Shown here one piece after another: positions 15,101-29,903 of a stretch of 64,000 nucleotides of DNA. The notes beneath the pieces were generated by a model, which searched no databases, was not told where the DNA came from, and worked only from the letters and a program-made list of their open reading frames with translations. The stretch comes from Cyanophora paradoxa CCMP329 (lineage: Eukaryota > Plantae > Glaucophyta), in contig QPMI01000494.1 in NCBI GenBank assembly GCA_004431415.1, positions 186,001-250,000 on the forward strand, in the 5' to 3' direction. The first letter of the stretch is position 1. Every line of letters begins with the position of its first letter. The translations under genes and the position numbers were made by a program.

Positions 15101-15485
15101 GCGCGCGGGGCGCCGCGGCCGGCGCCGAAGAGGGGGGAGGAAGAGGGCCCCTCCGACGACGACGCGTACGACGACGGCGGAATCGACGGCGACGGCGGCG
15201 CCGGCCGCGATCGATCGCTTCCGGATCGATCGCGATCGCCGGCGCGGCCGGGGAGCCCGTGGAGCTACCGGAACGAGCCGGAGGAGGAAGAAGGGGCGCC
15301 GGCCTCCCGCGATCGCGAGGCGCGGCGGGTCGTGCAGCCGATCCCGCCGTCCGTGCAGCCGTCCGTGCAGCCGTCCATGCAGCCGTCCATGTCGCCCCTA
15401 CGCACGCGGCCGCGGCCGTCTTCCGCCTCGACATCGACCTCGCCGCCGCCGAGCTCGGGCGGGCCGCGATCGGCGGCACGCGCAC

Positions 15486-15516
<31 letters not shown>

Positions 15517-16150
15517 CGACGTCAACGTCCGCTGGGTCGGATCCGGAGGCGGTGCGGGCGGGACCGGCAGCGCCGGCGCCGGCGCCGGCGCCCGGTCGGA
15601 CGCCTCGGGATCCGTCCGTGGGTCCCGGTCGTCGGTTCACGTACCCGGGCCCCCCCGTCAGCATCTCTCCCTCCTCTCCGACTTCCTGCTGAGGAGCGGC
15701 GCCGCGGCGAACGAAGCCGACGGCGTACCCCTCGCGGGCCGGGGCCTCGACCTCGCGCCCGTACCCCGCCGCCCGGCCTCTGTCGCCTCGTTCCCAGTCC
15801 GATCGCCCCGCCCATCCGATTTCGAAGTCACCGCCGGGGCTGGCGCCGGCGCCGGCTCCGCCAAGACCGAGCGGTACCCATTCCACTCCTCCGCCGCCAC
15901 CACCGGTACCCCCGGCCCCCTCCTCAATCCTTTCCTGCACTCCGCCGTTACCGCACCGGGCTCGTTCACCAATTCCCCATGGACGATGCGGCACACGAAT
16001 CCTCGCGGATTCGGTACCCCCCGCCCGGCTGCTAGCAGCTCCTCCCCCTCTGTTGTCGCCCGTGACGTCAACGTCGACGCTTCGGGGGCCCGCACGGCCC
16101 GGAGCGAGCGAGCGGCGCCTCAGCATAGTAATGATTCTTGGTCAGTGTAG
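155..16150 (+). CDS. Giant multi-exon cell-surface protein (start lies upstream of window): tandem Ig/Big-like modules, N-glycosylation repeat, IPT/TIG domain, about 3 PKD/cadherin-like domains, multi-pass membrane region, Ser/Pro/Ala-rich cytoplasmic tail
   Basis: Chain of + strand exons separated by GT(GCG)...(GC)AG introns. Repeated ~100-aa modules: VPDETSSLSCWPLEFDTVGFSTCTLVVRR, QPDTSSTLACFPKQFDTASQSFCTYTARR, GIPDSGNVSCPPAIVAANSTVTCTVAVGRDG. IPT/TIG-like PQWGTTRGGVPLTIVGSAF (~9220). PKD-like NVPPVAV..ITLNASRSY|DPD..FSW..GLYAFELTVTDNGG (~9480-9860) and NLPPVP..LDGAVSSDPDGFVTTYTW (~10780-10930). Hydrophobic helices at ~12520-13100 and ~14380-14790. Terminal exon 15038-16150 ends in TAG. Not every junction was checked; could be more than one gene. 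Confidence 0.7.
4838..5033 (+). repeat. Coding tandem repeat G-N-(A/S)-T-x, a dense array of N-glycosylation sequons
   Basis: Translation GNGTAGNATIGNATYSGGNATYSGGNATYSGGNATIGNATFGAGNATAGNATVGNSTVGNSTVGN; DNA unit ggaaa(c/t)gcgac repeated. Confidence 0.9.
10250..10420. repeat. Intronic short direct repeats
   Basis: tgtcatagtatcaggccgctaagaaggc at 10336 and 10391; ctgctttcggttcgtctg at ~10254 and ~10375. Confidence 0.85.
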
Positions 16151-18452
16151 AATGCGGTTCTACATCTCTAGTCCTATTTAGATGGGTAGTGTAAGACGCA
16201 GCTGCAGGTTTCATTCGCTCTCTAGCCATGCTTCGTTTTCACCGTATACGTATCTGTGAGCACGTGCGTTATCGTGGAATCCGCCTCTAGCTTGCCTAAA
16301 TTAGACTCAAGACTGAGACTAAGATAGCAGTGTGTATATTTACACACATTTAGTCAGTGATTTATTGATGCTGTCAATTTATTGTGTTTTATGATCAGTG
16401 AATCAAAATATTAATTGAATTATCAACGTGCCCAGTGAATCATTGAATGTCCCTCAGCCCCTTAGCCGGCCGGCGGGCACGTGAATGTCCCAATGAATAT
16501 TAAATCATATCATGTCCCCAGATCTAGAGAGGCCGGAGTGGGCACGGGGAAGCAGGCGGAGACGGCGTGCGCTGAGTCCTGCAACGAGAAGCCTCGCCCC
16601 TGGGGGAGAGGGGAGAGGGGAGAAGGGGCGGGAGGGGGCGGGAGGGGCGCGTACCCCGCGCTTCAGCCGGACGCCAACGGCTGCTAGTCCCCCGCGTTCG
16701 TAAGGCTCTAGATCTAAAGGGCGGGGGTTAGCTATAGGGGGGTGGGGGTAGGGTGGAAGGGGGGTACCGTCTCGTCGAAGTAGCGTCTGGCGGGGTCTGG
16801 CGGGGTCGGAGGAGGGTGGGGTGGGGGTGGGGGGTGGGGGGGGGTGGTTTCGGCGATGGCCCCGGGCGAATTGGCGCCCCGGGGTACAAGCCGGGCCCCG
16901 GGGTGAGGGGTTGCGGGCACTCGGGGGCGGGCGAGAGGTTGGGGATGAGGAAGGGGGTACTGGGGGCCTCGGGGAGGGGACGGAGGGGGGCCGGTACCTG
17001 ACGGGCGAAGTGCGGGGGCGGGACGGGTACGTATACGTCGAAGACGCCGGGGGCGCTGGGGCTGGAAACGGCCCACTGGTGGGAAATTAAAAGAGGGAGA
17101 CGGGGCGCCCGCCCTCGGTCCGGCAGGGGGCGCGCTCGGGCCCCGGGAGCGAGTTGGAGAGCCTAGGCCTAGCGGGGCGCACGGCCCCGAGCCTCGCGTC
17201 GTACTACGGTAGGGCGGGGGCGTCGCGTGCGGGTCGGCGGCGGGCGGCGCGCGCGGCGGGGGAGACGGGGATCCCGGAGCTTCCAGGGCGCGCCCCGCCT
17301 CGGCTCCTCGGGCGCGTCGTAGGCGCCCCGGGCCAGCGTGACGCGGCGGGGCGGGGCGGCGCGTCCGGGAACCGCGGCTCCGATCGTGAGACGTCGATCG
17401 CGCGACGAAGGTCGACGTCGCGGCCGGCGAGCGCGCGCGGGCGCACGTGCACGGCGGCGCCGGCGTCGGCCGCGGGGCTGAGGAAGCTTTCGCGTAAGGG
17501 GATCCGATGATCCCGGACGGGCACGTCGGGGCGCGGCGCCGCGGGCTGTGCGGGCGCGGGCGAGTTCGAATTCTGGGTGAGCGCGCGATATCGATGGCCG
17601 CGCGCGCGAACTTGATCATGATGGCGAACTTGATGGCGCGCGCGCGCGCCGTCGACTCCCGCGCCACCTCCAGCTAGCGCTCGTACGCGTGCCGGAAGAG
17701 CACCACGCGCGCGAGAGATGCGCGTGCATGCAAGCGCTCAGCGGCAAGCGCAGGAGGGGCTCTGAGCATGCATATGAGCTCGCCGCGGCTGCACGGAGAT
17801 CCACGCTCGCGATCGTGGATCAACCGCTGTAGAGCCGCCGCCGCTACGGCGCCGGCGGCTCTCCGAGGCTCAACGATCGACCACGAAGACGTGGGTTCGG
17901 CTCTCCGAAGTCCGGCATTCGGTGTCTCGAGCTCGAGACTCGAGACTCGAGGCAGTTCGGCTCAGAGCTCGGAGGAGTCGGAGCTCTGGGCTGGGAGCCT
18001 GGGATTCCGGCCCAATTTCGCGAAGTTCCGGGTGAATCCGGGAATGATCATCGGGAATGATCATCGGATCCGCGGCCGCGCCGATTCCGCGGTCGGCCGC
18101 GGCCCGCGGGGACTAGTACTCGGGCCCAGCGGCCCCAGCCTCGGGGGCCGGCCCCCGGGCCCCGGGCCCCGGCCGGGCCCGGGGATCCCGGGCTTTCGAA
18201 TTCCCGGCCCGGTCTCGATTTCCGAAGTTCCGATGTTCCGGACTCGGACTCCGGGATCTGCCAGCTAGCGCTGCCACTGCAGGCTGCAGCTGGGCCAGCT
18301 GCCAGCCTGCCACACTGTACTGACAGCTGCAGCCTGCCAGCTGTTTGCAGCTGCATGCTGTGTATGCATCCACGGCGATTCCACGCTCGTTCGCACAAGC
18401 CCCAGTATACGTAGCGAGAAGCGCGCCGAGAAGAGAGCGCTCTAGATCTGCC

Positions 18453-21400
18453 ATGACCGGTCCGCGCGGCATCGGTGCGCCTCCTCTTTTCCTTGGCCAT
18501 CATGATCAGGGCCTGCAGCTGGCCATGCATGTGCATGAGCGATTTTCAAGTTTTCTTGCCGCTGACATGTACGTATACGTATACAGCGCCGTCCCACGCA
18601 GCGGGCTGGCTTCTGCTCCTCGCTTTCGTCGCCCTCCACGCCGTCGGCGGAGCCGCGCTCAAGGGCCGTGGCCCCATCCAGCTCACTGGGCGCGCGAACT
18701 ACGCCGCCGCCGCGCGGTGCGCGGCAGTGCCGGCGGGCGAGGCCGCGCGCGCGTGCGGCGCGAAGGAGGCCGGCGGGGCCTGCCCCGCCTCGGTCGGCCT
18801 GTCCCTCTCCCGGCCGCCCTTCCTGGACGCGGCGGGGCTCGAGGAGCTCAAGGCGGCTTCAGAGGAGGAGCTGGCGGCGCTCGGGTACCCGCCCGTCGTC
18901 GTCGCGCTCGTCCCTGGCACGCGCGAGCCGGCCGCCCGCCTCTACCTCCAAATCAAAAAGGTGCGCGCCGGATCCCGGAGTCCGGATCCGGATCCGGATA
19001 AAAATAATCGATCGCGAAGTTTCTGACCGGCTTCTCAGGGCGCGCTGTACGTCAGCGGGGACGCCGTCGGCGCGGAGAAGTTCCTCGACGCGCCCCTCCA
19101 GTGTGCGTGCACTCTTAAAAAGCTTCGAGTTCCGGGGCCCTGCGCTTCTCGCTTCTCGATTTTTGTACACCGTGGCACGTGGCTTGAAGCCTCAAGGCTT
19201 GATGCTCGTTCATCAGCCGGCTTGTTTATCAGCCGTCGAGATTTTAATTTCGTGCACGTAGCTTGGAACTTATAATTGAGCGCTAGCTTGACGCTCGTTC
19301 ACAATCGATCAGCCGGCGAGATCCTGCCCGGCGTGAAGGAGCTTCGGGACCCTGTCCTGCTGTCCCTGGCGCCCGCCCCCGCCGAGCCCGTGCCCGTCAA
19401 GCTGCCGGCCAGCTCGGGCCTCGCCTCCTCCGCCCTGCTCCTCTTCGCGGCCCCTTCCTGCCCGAAGGGGGCGGCCCTGGAGCCCGCCGCCCTCTCGGGG
19501 GGCCCCTTCGCCGCCGCCGCCTGCCGCGCCTCGCCCGCCGCCGCCGTGCGCGTCACCGCCGACGTCGTACCCGTCCTGAGGGACCCGACCGCCCCCCTCT
19601 CCCTCAAGCTCGCGTGCGCCCGTACAAGTACCCCGGCCCCCTTGTACCCCTCCCCGTCCACTCACCCTCGGGCGGGCATGCAGGGCCGTGTACGCGTCGG
19701 GGGCGCCCCCCGCGCCTGGGGCGGCCCGCGCCTTCGTTCGCCTCGAGGTCGTCCTCGCCCGGCCCGGCGCGCCCCCGAACTCGACCGCCGCCGCCTGCCG
19801 CGCCTCGGTCCGAGCTCCGGCCCCAGCGCGCCCTTAATTATGAGCTTGGAGCGGCCCGTCTCTGATCATCATGAGGCCCGGGGCACGCAGGCCCTCCTTC
19901 CGTACGGGGCTGCAGAGACAAAGGCAGGCCCTCGCGATCGACCCGGCCCCCCGCCCACTCTCTAAAGCCGTGCGGGGGGGCGGCAGGACTGGACGGCGGG
20001 GCAGCGGGAGCTGGCGGCCGCCGGCTGCGCGACCCCTGGGCCCGAGGGGGCCGGCCTCGCGACCGACGCCCACCTCTTCTTCTCCCAGCGGGTGCAATCT
20101 CTTAAGCTTGAAGCTTTGCTTCGTGTTCGCCGAGTCTCTTAAATCTCTGCTCTGCTCCAAAGGACGACGGGAGCGTGGCGGACCAATTCTACGAGGCGGC
20201 CCTGCGCTGCGGCGCGCAGCCGTGCATGTACCCCTGCTTCTCCAGCGTCCGGGTGCATATGCGCTCCGCCGGGCCGGTCCGCGCCTGCGCTTGCGCTCGC
20301 GCTCGCTGATCATGAGCGCGGTCCCGCAGGCGGGCGGGGACGAGGAGGGCGTCCGGGGGCACTGGACCGCGGAGACGTGCCTGGCCCCCCGGGTATCATG
20401 CCGGTCTTGCTCTCGTTTTAATTTATAATTAGAAAGAATAGACAACATTTCACATATATATCATCTCCCGCCCCGCCCCGCCCCGCCCCGCCCCGCCCCG
20501 CCCCGTCCCGCCCCGCCCCGCCCCGTCCCATGTCCCCCAGGTCGGGTCCGGCAGGCGCCTGCGCCTTTAAATTTAGAGGGAGATCTAGAGCCGGGCCGAC
20601 CCTCGCCCCGCGCGCACAGGCGGGCTCGAAGGACGGCTCCTCCCTGCAGCGCGTCACGGAGCGCGTGCGCCTGTACCCCTGTTTCCCCCCCCCCCCCGAA
20701 GTTTAAGCGTCGCCTCCCCCCCCCTTCGTTCGCAGGACGAGTACGGCCGCATCACCTCGCGCCTCTACACGAAACGGGTACGTATACCGCGCCCCGGGCC
20801 CGGCCCCGGACGCCGGCTCTGCGTACCCGTCCCCAACGGCCCCCCCCTCCCCCCCCACCCCCTCAGGACAAGGACGGGAACGTCCTCGACATGCGCTACT
20901 ACCCCGCTCAGGTTCGATTCCGCGCGCGTACCCCCCTCCATGTCTCGATTCGAATTCGAATTCGAATTCGTCGCCATCTGAAAACGTGTCGGCCCTCGCT
21001 CGTGATCAGCGCCCTGGGAACGAGACCTGCTCCGCCCTCCACTACGCAGCCGGTGGCGTCTGCGCCCCCTCGGTGCCTCACCTCCTTTGATTTTGATCTT
21101 CGATTCGCCGGCCCCGGCCTAACTAAGTTATGCTGTAATTAAGCTTGACACTCTGATATAATATTTTTTTAAATTATAAGCTTGACGCTCTGATATAATT
21201 AGGCTTGACGCTTTGATATAATTAGGCTTGACGTTTTGACATAATCAAGCTTGACGCGCGCCGCAGACCGTGCTCCGCCCCATCTCCTTCGAGAGCACCT
21301 GCGACCTGTACCTGGTGCGCCCCTTTAAATTCCGGCTTCTCCCCCCTAACTTTTCCTCAGAACGCGGAGACGGGGGCGACGGCGGAGGTCTGCGCGGCGG

Positions 21401-24400
21401 GCGAGGCGGCGGCGAAGGGGTCGGGGTCGGCTCCGGGCGGGGGATTCGCGGAGGAGGCGGGGGGCGGGGCGAGCGTCCTCCGCGCCTCCGTCCGCGTGCG
21501 GCCCGGCCCCGCCTGCCCGCCCGCCCGCGCCCAGGCCCCCTTTGGTCGATCCCGGCGCTTCTAGCATGAGCTTGAGCCTAAGTTTAAGCTTGGGCTGAAG
21601 CCTAATTATATAAGCTTACAAGCTTAAGCCTTGAAGCCTCGATGTCGGGCATATATACCGGCCCTCAATCATAGCCTGCCCGAGCTCGAGCGTGCGTGCC
21701 CGACCAGCCCCTGACCGGTACCCCCCGTCCCCTCCCCCCCCTCCCCCCCGGTCCCCCGCAGGAGAAGGGCGGCGCCGTCTCGACGGTCTACCGGACCCGC
21801 GGCGGCTGGCCCGCCGCCTCCGCCCCGGTCCGAAATAATTCGCCCCCCCCCCAGCGCCCCGCCCCGCCCAGCCCTCAAGCTTGACCCTGGATCCGCTTCA
21901 GGCGGTGGGAAAGGGCCTCCGCGACGATATCGATGCCGGCGGCTCGGCGGCCGGGAGCGCCCCGGAGCCCTTCCTGGACGTGCGCCCCTCGGCCCGGCCC
22001 TCGAGATCTGACGCCCGCCCGCCCGCCCGCCCGCCTCAGGCCGCTGCTCTCGTTTCAATTTATAGTTAGAAAGTATAGACAACATTTCACATAGCATCTC
22101 CCATAACGCCTAGATCTAGATCTAGATCTAGGTACCGGCGGCTCGGCGGCTGGGATCGCCCCGGAGCCCTAGGCCTTCCTCGTCAACCCGGCCCCCTAGA
22201 TCTAGATCTGACGCCCGCCCGCCTCAGGCCGCGAACCGCCCCGTGATCGACGCCCAGAGCCGCCTCGAGGCCCGCCCTCCCGCCCCCCCCCTCCTTTGTA
22301 GTACCCCTTCGATTCCCCTCCTTCATCCCTTAGCAGAGCCCCGAGGACGCTGACCTCGCGGAGGCGTTCGCGGCGCTCCCGAGGCCGGGGCGCGCCCTGC
22401 GGACGAGCACGTGCGCCCTGTCCCCTTCGGCCCCGTGCGGGGCTGAGGCGAGGGGTACCCGGTCGCCCGCAGGCTCGTCCCGGCGGGCTTCGCATACCGC
22501 TTCTCTTTCGGCTGCAACACGACGACGGTGCGGGCCGAGCGAGCGCTTCTTCCCCCCCCCTCCCCCTCCCCCCCCCTCCCCCCCCCCCTCTCCCATTCCC
22601 GTGCACGTGGCTCACGGCCGCCCCGCCCCGGCCCGCATGCAGCTGGCCGACGGCTCGAGCGAGGAGTGGTGCTTCTCGGTCCCCGAGGCGCGCCGGTCCC
22701 CTCTCCCCCCGCACGGCCCCTGAAGCTAAAGCCGAGGCCGCACTGCGTGCAGGACGAGGCCGCGGACTGCGTCGTCCGCGTCACGACGCAGCTCGCCGCC
22801 TCCGCCCGCCCCGGCCCAGCCTCCTACGCCAGGGTGCGCCGGGCCCGATCCTGTTCCCGGCCCTGTCAGCGCTGGCCAGCGCTGACGTCAGGGTATACGC
22901 AGGCCCGGCGGGAACGCGTCGGAGCGAAGTCAGCGGCGGCGGCGTGCGGACCCCTGCGCGAGGCCCCGAGGAGGCCCCCCAAGGGCGCCCAGCCGGTGCG
23001 CACCGTCTTCAGATTAATACTAGTACTCGAGCTTCCACCGGACTCAAACCCGCGACCGGACTCAAACCCGCGCGCGCAGACGAACGAGGCGGCCGCTTAC
23101 TACTACCGCCCGATGACCGACTCGGCCCAGGAGGCGGTGCGCGCGTTCGATTCTTGAATGGCGCACTAGCGCTGGCCATGTGCTCTAGGCCTTGGGCCCG
23201 GCCCTGACTCCACCGGGTACCCGATTCGAAGGGCGAGACCGTGCGCTGGTGCCGGGCCCAGCGCGACGGCGACGGAGCCATCCGCGAGGCCTGCGGCGGC
23301 GTCGAGGTGCGCTTCGTCCGCGTACCCTAGCCCCCCCCCCCCCCCCCCCCCCCCCCGGCCTCGAGCTTCCCTTGCTCTGAACCCCGCTGGGCCATGCCAG
23401 CTCGTCACGCTCGGAGGCGCCGAGGTGTACACGCACGTCGAGCGCCTCTCCTTCCGGGTACCCCCTCCAGCTTTCCCCCCTCGTACCCCCCCCTTCGCTC
23501 ACGTACGCGGGGCTCGCCCCAGTCGCCGGCGGAGACGGTGGTCGAGCGCTACGCGATTGTGCGATGTACCCCCGCCCGGATTCGAACCCGGGTCCCTGGG
23601 TATATACGCACCCGATCGCGACGCCCCCGGCCTGCAGCGCCGCTCGGGCGGGGCGGACCCCAAGCTGCGCCGGGGGCTGAGGCAGGGGGGGTACACCATC
23701 GCCGACGGGGACCTTCTCTCGAGCTCCTTCCACGCGGGGGACCCCTGGGCCTCCTGCGTGCGCCCCCGCCCCCCCATGCCTAGGCCTCCCGCCCCTCCGC
23801 GCCCCTCCCGGCCCGATCTATTCGTGCCGCGCCGCAGCCTGCGCCCCCGCCCCCTTAGCCTCCCGCCCCTCCGCGCCCCTCCCGATCCATTCGCGCCGCG
23901 GCGCAGCCGGGCGGCGTGTGCGTGCGGCCCTTCGCCTCGCACTCGTGCTCCGTCGACGCGAAGGGCTCGCCCCGCTCCTGGTGGGCCGTCTTACCCCCCC
24001 TTTTCTTCCGCCCCCCCCCCCCCCCCCCCCCCCCTGCCCCGGATTTTGACTGTGATTGCGACCGCGACCGCGCAGCGGCCCCCTGACAAAGGCGAACGTT
24101 TACGGTTGGAACGCCTACGACGGGACGTGCGTACATAATCATAATTACAAGCAGCCGCGCATGCCCCGCCGATCGCGACCCGCGCCCGCGCAACCCGGCC
24201 CTGCCCCGCCCCGCCCCGCAGGTGCCAGGAGGCCTCCGGAGCGAACGGGAAGGCGGCCAAAGCCTCCTGCGAGTCGCTGCGGGGCGCGGTGCGGGCGCCC
24301 TCGCCCTATACAAAGGGATTCGATCCGACGTCGAAGTCGACCGCAGAAGGAGCCCGGGGCGCCCCTGGCGTCCCTCGCCCTCCTCGCCTCCCTGGCCCTC

Positions 24401-26986
24401 GGGGTACGCTATTAAAGTACAGCGAGGGTCGGGGCCGGGGGCGCCCCGAGGGGATCCGGAGGGGCCGACGCACGCGCAGGACCAGTCGGCCGCCCTCCGC
24501 TTCGCGTACAGCTCCGGGGGCGGCGGGCCGTACTGTCCCAAGGCGAGCCCGAGCCCGAGCCGGGGACCACCCCTCCGTGTTCCATGTATATCCTCTCATG
24601 CGCGGCGATCGCGAGCAGAACTGCACCGGCCACGGCGGCATGGCGTACTCGATCCGGGTCCGGGGCGCCGAGGGCCCGGCGCCCGCCGGACAGCCCCTCG
24701 CCTCCGCCAGACTCAAGGCCCGCCGCCCCTACCCCCCCAATCCGATCGGCATCCGCCTAATCATCATCAGGTCGCCCCGCGTCCGGAGGGGTACTACTAC
24801 CTCGCGAACGGCGAGCTCGCGGCCAGTCCGGTGCGCTCGTACACATATATATCATCCCCTTAAGCTTCCGCGCGGGGTCGAATCCGAAGCGGGCCGGCCG
24901 GTCGGCTGCGGGGCCGGCGCGGGCCGCAGGCGGGCGGCGGCGCCTTCGATGAGGCCCTCTCCGGCCTCGACAAAGTGCGCGCCCCGCGGCCGGCCCCTGC
25001 GCTTCGATTTCCCGCGGTCCAAAATTCCTCACATCGGCACGAAATTTAATTCCCTGCAGCTCGCTCTCGACGAGGGCTCGCGGCGCCGGCGCCGCGCGGC
25101 CCTGGCGACCAAGGTGCGCGCGCCGCGCCGCGCAGGCCCCCAGATCTAGAGCTCGCAATTGTGCGTTCTAGCCCCTGCAGCTGATCGCGAGCCTCGGGCC
25201 TGGCCGGGGCGCAGGTTGGCTCGTACACCTTCGACGACTCGCACGGGGTCGACTCCTCGCGGGGACACCTCCACGGACCCGTCCCCGCCACCCAGGTCCC
25301 CCCCCCCCCCCCCCCCTCCCTCTCCCCGACCCCGGCCCTGATCCGCCTCCGAACTCGCCCCGAACCGCCCCTCGCGATCTCAGCTCGGCGTGGGGGCGGT
25401 CCCGGCGCGCTTCGGGGCCGCCCTCGACCCCTCGGACACCGCCCCCGTCTTCCTGCCCTCGGGGGTACGTGCACTTCCGCTTTCGATTCGAAGAGACGGG
25501 TCCAGGGGCCGAAGCGTAAGCGTTCGTAGGCTGTGCTGCAGCGCGTCAACGTCGGGGTCCTAACAGACGCAACCCTCTACCCCTCGCCGGCTCGCCCCTC
25601 CCCTCCCCCTCCCCCCTCCCACCTCCGATTCGTCTGCGAGCCGCCTGCGCCTGCGCAGCCCGTTCACCGCGTGCTGGAGGCCTCGGTCGACCTCCCCGGC
25701 GCCCGTCTCCCGCTCTCCGTCGACGCCTCCGGGCAGGCGCGCCGAAGCCTTCGAAGCCCCCCCCCTCCCCGCCCCGCTGTCAGCGCTCATAGCTCCTTAA
25801 TAGATCGACATCTCAGTCGACGTCGATCTCGTTTATAGCTATAGCTAACCCGTACCGCGCTTTCTCCGACCCTCCATTCTAGATCGATATCCCCGTCTGT
25901 CTCGCGCTGGTTTACTTATGATCACGCCGGCCCAGGGCCCCGCGGGGAACGAGAAGGACCTGCGAAAGAGCCCCCACGGCACCGTCTTCCTCACCAGGTG
26001 CCCCCTACCCCCATCCGTTATTAATATTGCGGTACCCCCGTGAGATAGACCTCCCCCCCAACCCCAGGTCCGGGTACAACGCCACGACTCGCGACTGGGT
26101 GTACGCCGCCAGCGTTGTCCTGAACACGTGCACACACAAATAGATCTTTCTAAGTATACATCGAGCGTCAATTCGAGCAAGGGCCGACTTCGTGAATTCA
26201 TTGACAGGGCGGCAATTAAGTGGCCCTCGGGCGATACGAACCTCTTCCGCCTGCGCTTCCTCCTCGGGACGAAAACGTACCCCCGGGAGGACTCGTACTC
26301 GGGCGATTTCAAGGTATCCGTACCCTCCGACGGTCCCGCGCGCGTACCCCCGACGGGGCCGCGCAGGGGGCGGGGTGGACCGACCCGTACGAGGGGGCCG
26401 ACACCGTCCCCTGGTCCGCCCGCCCGCCCGCGCCCCTTGCCCGTACACCGCGGCCGGGCGGGGTACAATTCGAGCTGACCATGGACGGGCGGGGTACAAG
26501 GGAGTGGACGTCATCGGCCTCGGCGGCGTTCTCGGCCAAGCCGGCGGACAAGAAGAAGCCGGGCGACAAGGAGCTCCACTACGTCATCGGCACCTTCTAC
26601 ATCGTGCCCGCAGGCGCGGGCGGCGCCCCGCCGCCCCCCGCCGACGCCGCTTTCGATCGCGAGCTAGCGCTCCGGAGCGCGCTCGCGCCCGCGGCCGACG
26701 CGGGCCCCGCCGGCGCCGCCCCGCATCCGCGTCCTCCTCCACCACCACCCGCGTCGCCACGGCCTCGGCCGGGGCGCCGCCGCCGGTGCGCCATATGCAT
26801 CCTCCCGGCCCCCTCCCGCTCTAATTTTCTCCGTAACGCGCCGGCGCGGCAGTGGCCTCTGTGGCGGCGCTGGCCGCGGCGGTTGTGTACCGCCGGCGCC
26901 GCCGGGGCGCGCAGGCGCTGGCCGGGGAGGGCGGGCCCGGCGCCGCCAGGGTCCACAACGAGGCCACGCTCGCCGTCGCGGTCTAA
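18453..26986 (+). CDS. Large multi-exon Cys-rich type I membrane protein of unknown function
   Basis: Spliced start MTGPRGI|APSHAAGWLLLLAFVALHAVGGA (signal peptide). Many short exons with GT..CAG introns and Cys-containing extracellular-type sequence. C-terminal hydrophobic VASVAALAAAVVY followed by RRRRR stop-transfer, and tail ending NEATLAVAV* (TAA 26984-26986). No family recognised; internal continuity not fully verified. Confidence 0.6.
21136..21256. repeat. Intronic minisatellite, about 5 copies of a ~25-bp unit taatta(a/g)gcttgacgct(c/t)tgata
   Basis: aagcttgacactctgatata / aagcttgacgctctgatata / aggcttgacgctttgatata / aggcttgacgttttgacata / aagcttgacg. Confidence 0.85.
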
Positions 26987-27839
26987 GGGGGCGGGCGGGC
27001 GGGCGGCCCGCGGCAGCGGCGAGCCGGCCAGACCGCCGCCGGTGCACCTGTCACTGTCCCGCGCCGTCTAGGGAGGCCGGGCAGCCGGCGGCCGGCCCCC
27101 GCGGGCAGCCCTGGCCCGCCACCAGCTCCCTTGTGTCGCGTTGAGATCACGTCAGGTGTAGAAAGCGGGCCGTCTATCTGTGGCTTTACTAAGTTATTAG
27201 TTTTTCTTCTTTATCTATTTTTGCCCTAGGCCTTGCGCTGGTTTGTCACAAGCCGACGATTGCGCAGTGAAGCGTGTTATTGCCCCCTGTAAATAGAGAA
27301 ACTAATATATATTTACGTCGACGCCGGCCGGCCGCGCCCCGCGGCAGCAATTTATTTTGTTTTATGATGTGAATCGAAGTATTGAATGAACTATCAATCG
27401 GATTCAGATCGGATTCGCCGATCGCGAGTCGGGTGCGGGCAAACCTTTCATCATGATCATGATGGACGTCGACAGTTGCAATCGCAAGCTTATGGCCTCC
27501 GAGCGGCTCAATTTCATGTCCAATAGTAATGGCCGCCGCGGCGCGGGGCCCTCACATGATCAGAGGTCCCAGCCTGGCAGCTGCAGGGATGCGAAGGTCA
27601 AGGGGTACCGGCCCCGGCCCCCCGTCCCGTCCCGCCCCCCTTCCCCCCCTCCCGCCCCCCCCTCCTCCCCCCCGCCCCCCTTCACGGGCTCTCCCGGACG
27701 CACTCGAGCGGGCCTCGCCCCCTTCTAAGCTCGTGCCTGTAGCTAAATATAGCTGTCTGCTGCTGTCTGCGCTACCAGCTACTGTACACTGTCCGCCGTT
27801 TGCTGGTGGGTGGGCGACGGGTTGTAGGAGCTCGCCGGG

Positions 27840-29732
<1,893 letters not shown>

Positions 29733-29903
29733 CCACGGTCTCTGCAATCGACGCTTTTCCCCGTACCCGTCCCGAAGCAGCTCGTCTCTCGGCCGTTTTT
29801 GCTCAAACCCCGGTCCTGGGCGCTTCCGTGCACGAAGCTAGGACCAACTGGTTGAATCTCGGGCCTCCGCTACTTGCACCGACGAGGGCGGCGGACTTCC
29901 GCG

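Noticed and set aside
16480-17800. Possible minus-strand Pro-rich gene (ORF 16732-17667)
   Set aside because: Some splice-like signals, but an in-frame TAG near 17674, no recognisable domain and no consistent exon chain; may be a pseudogene or UTR.
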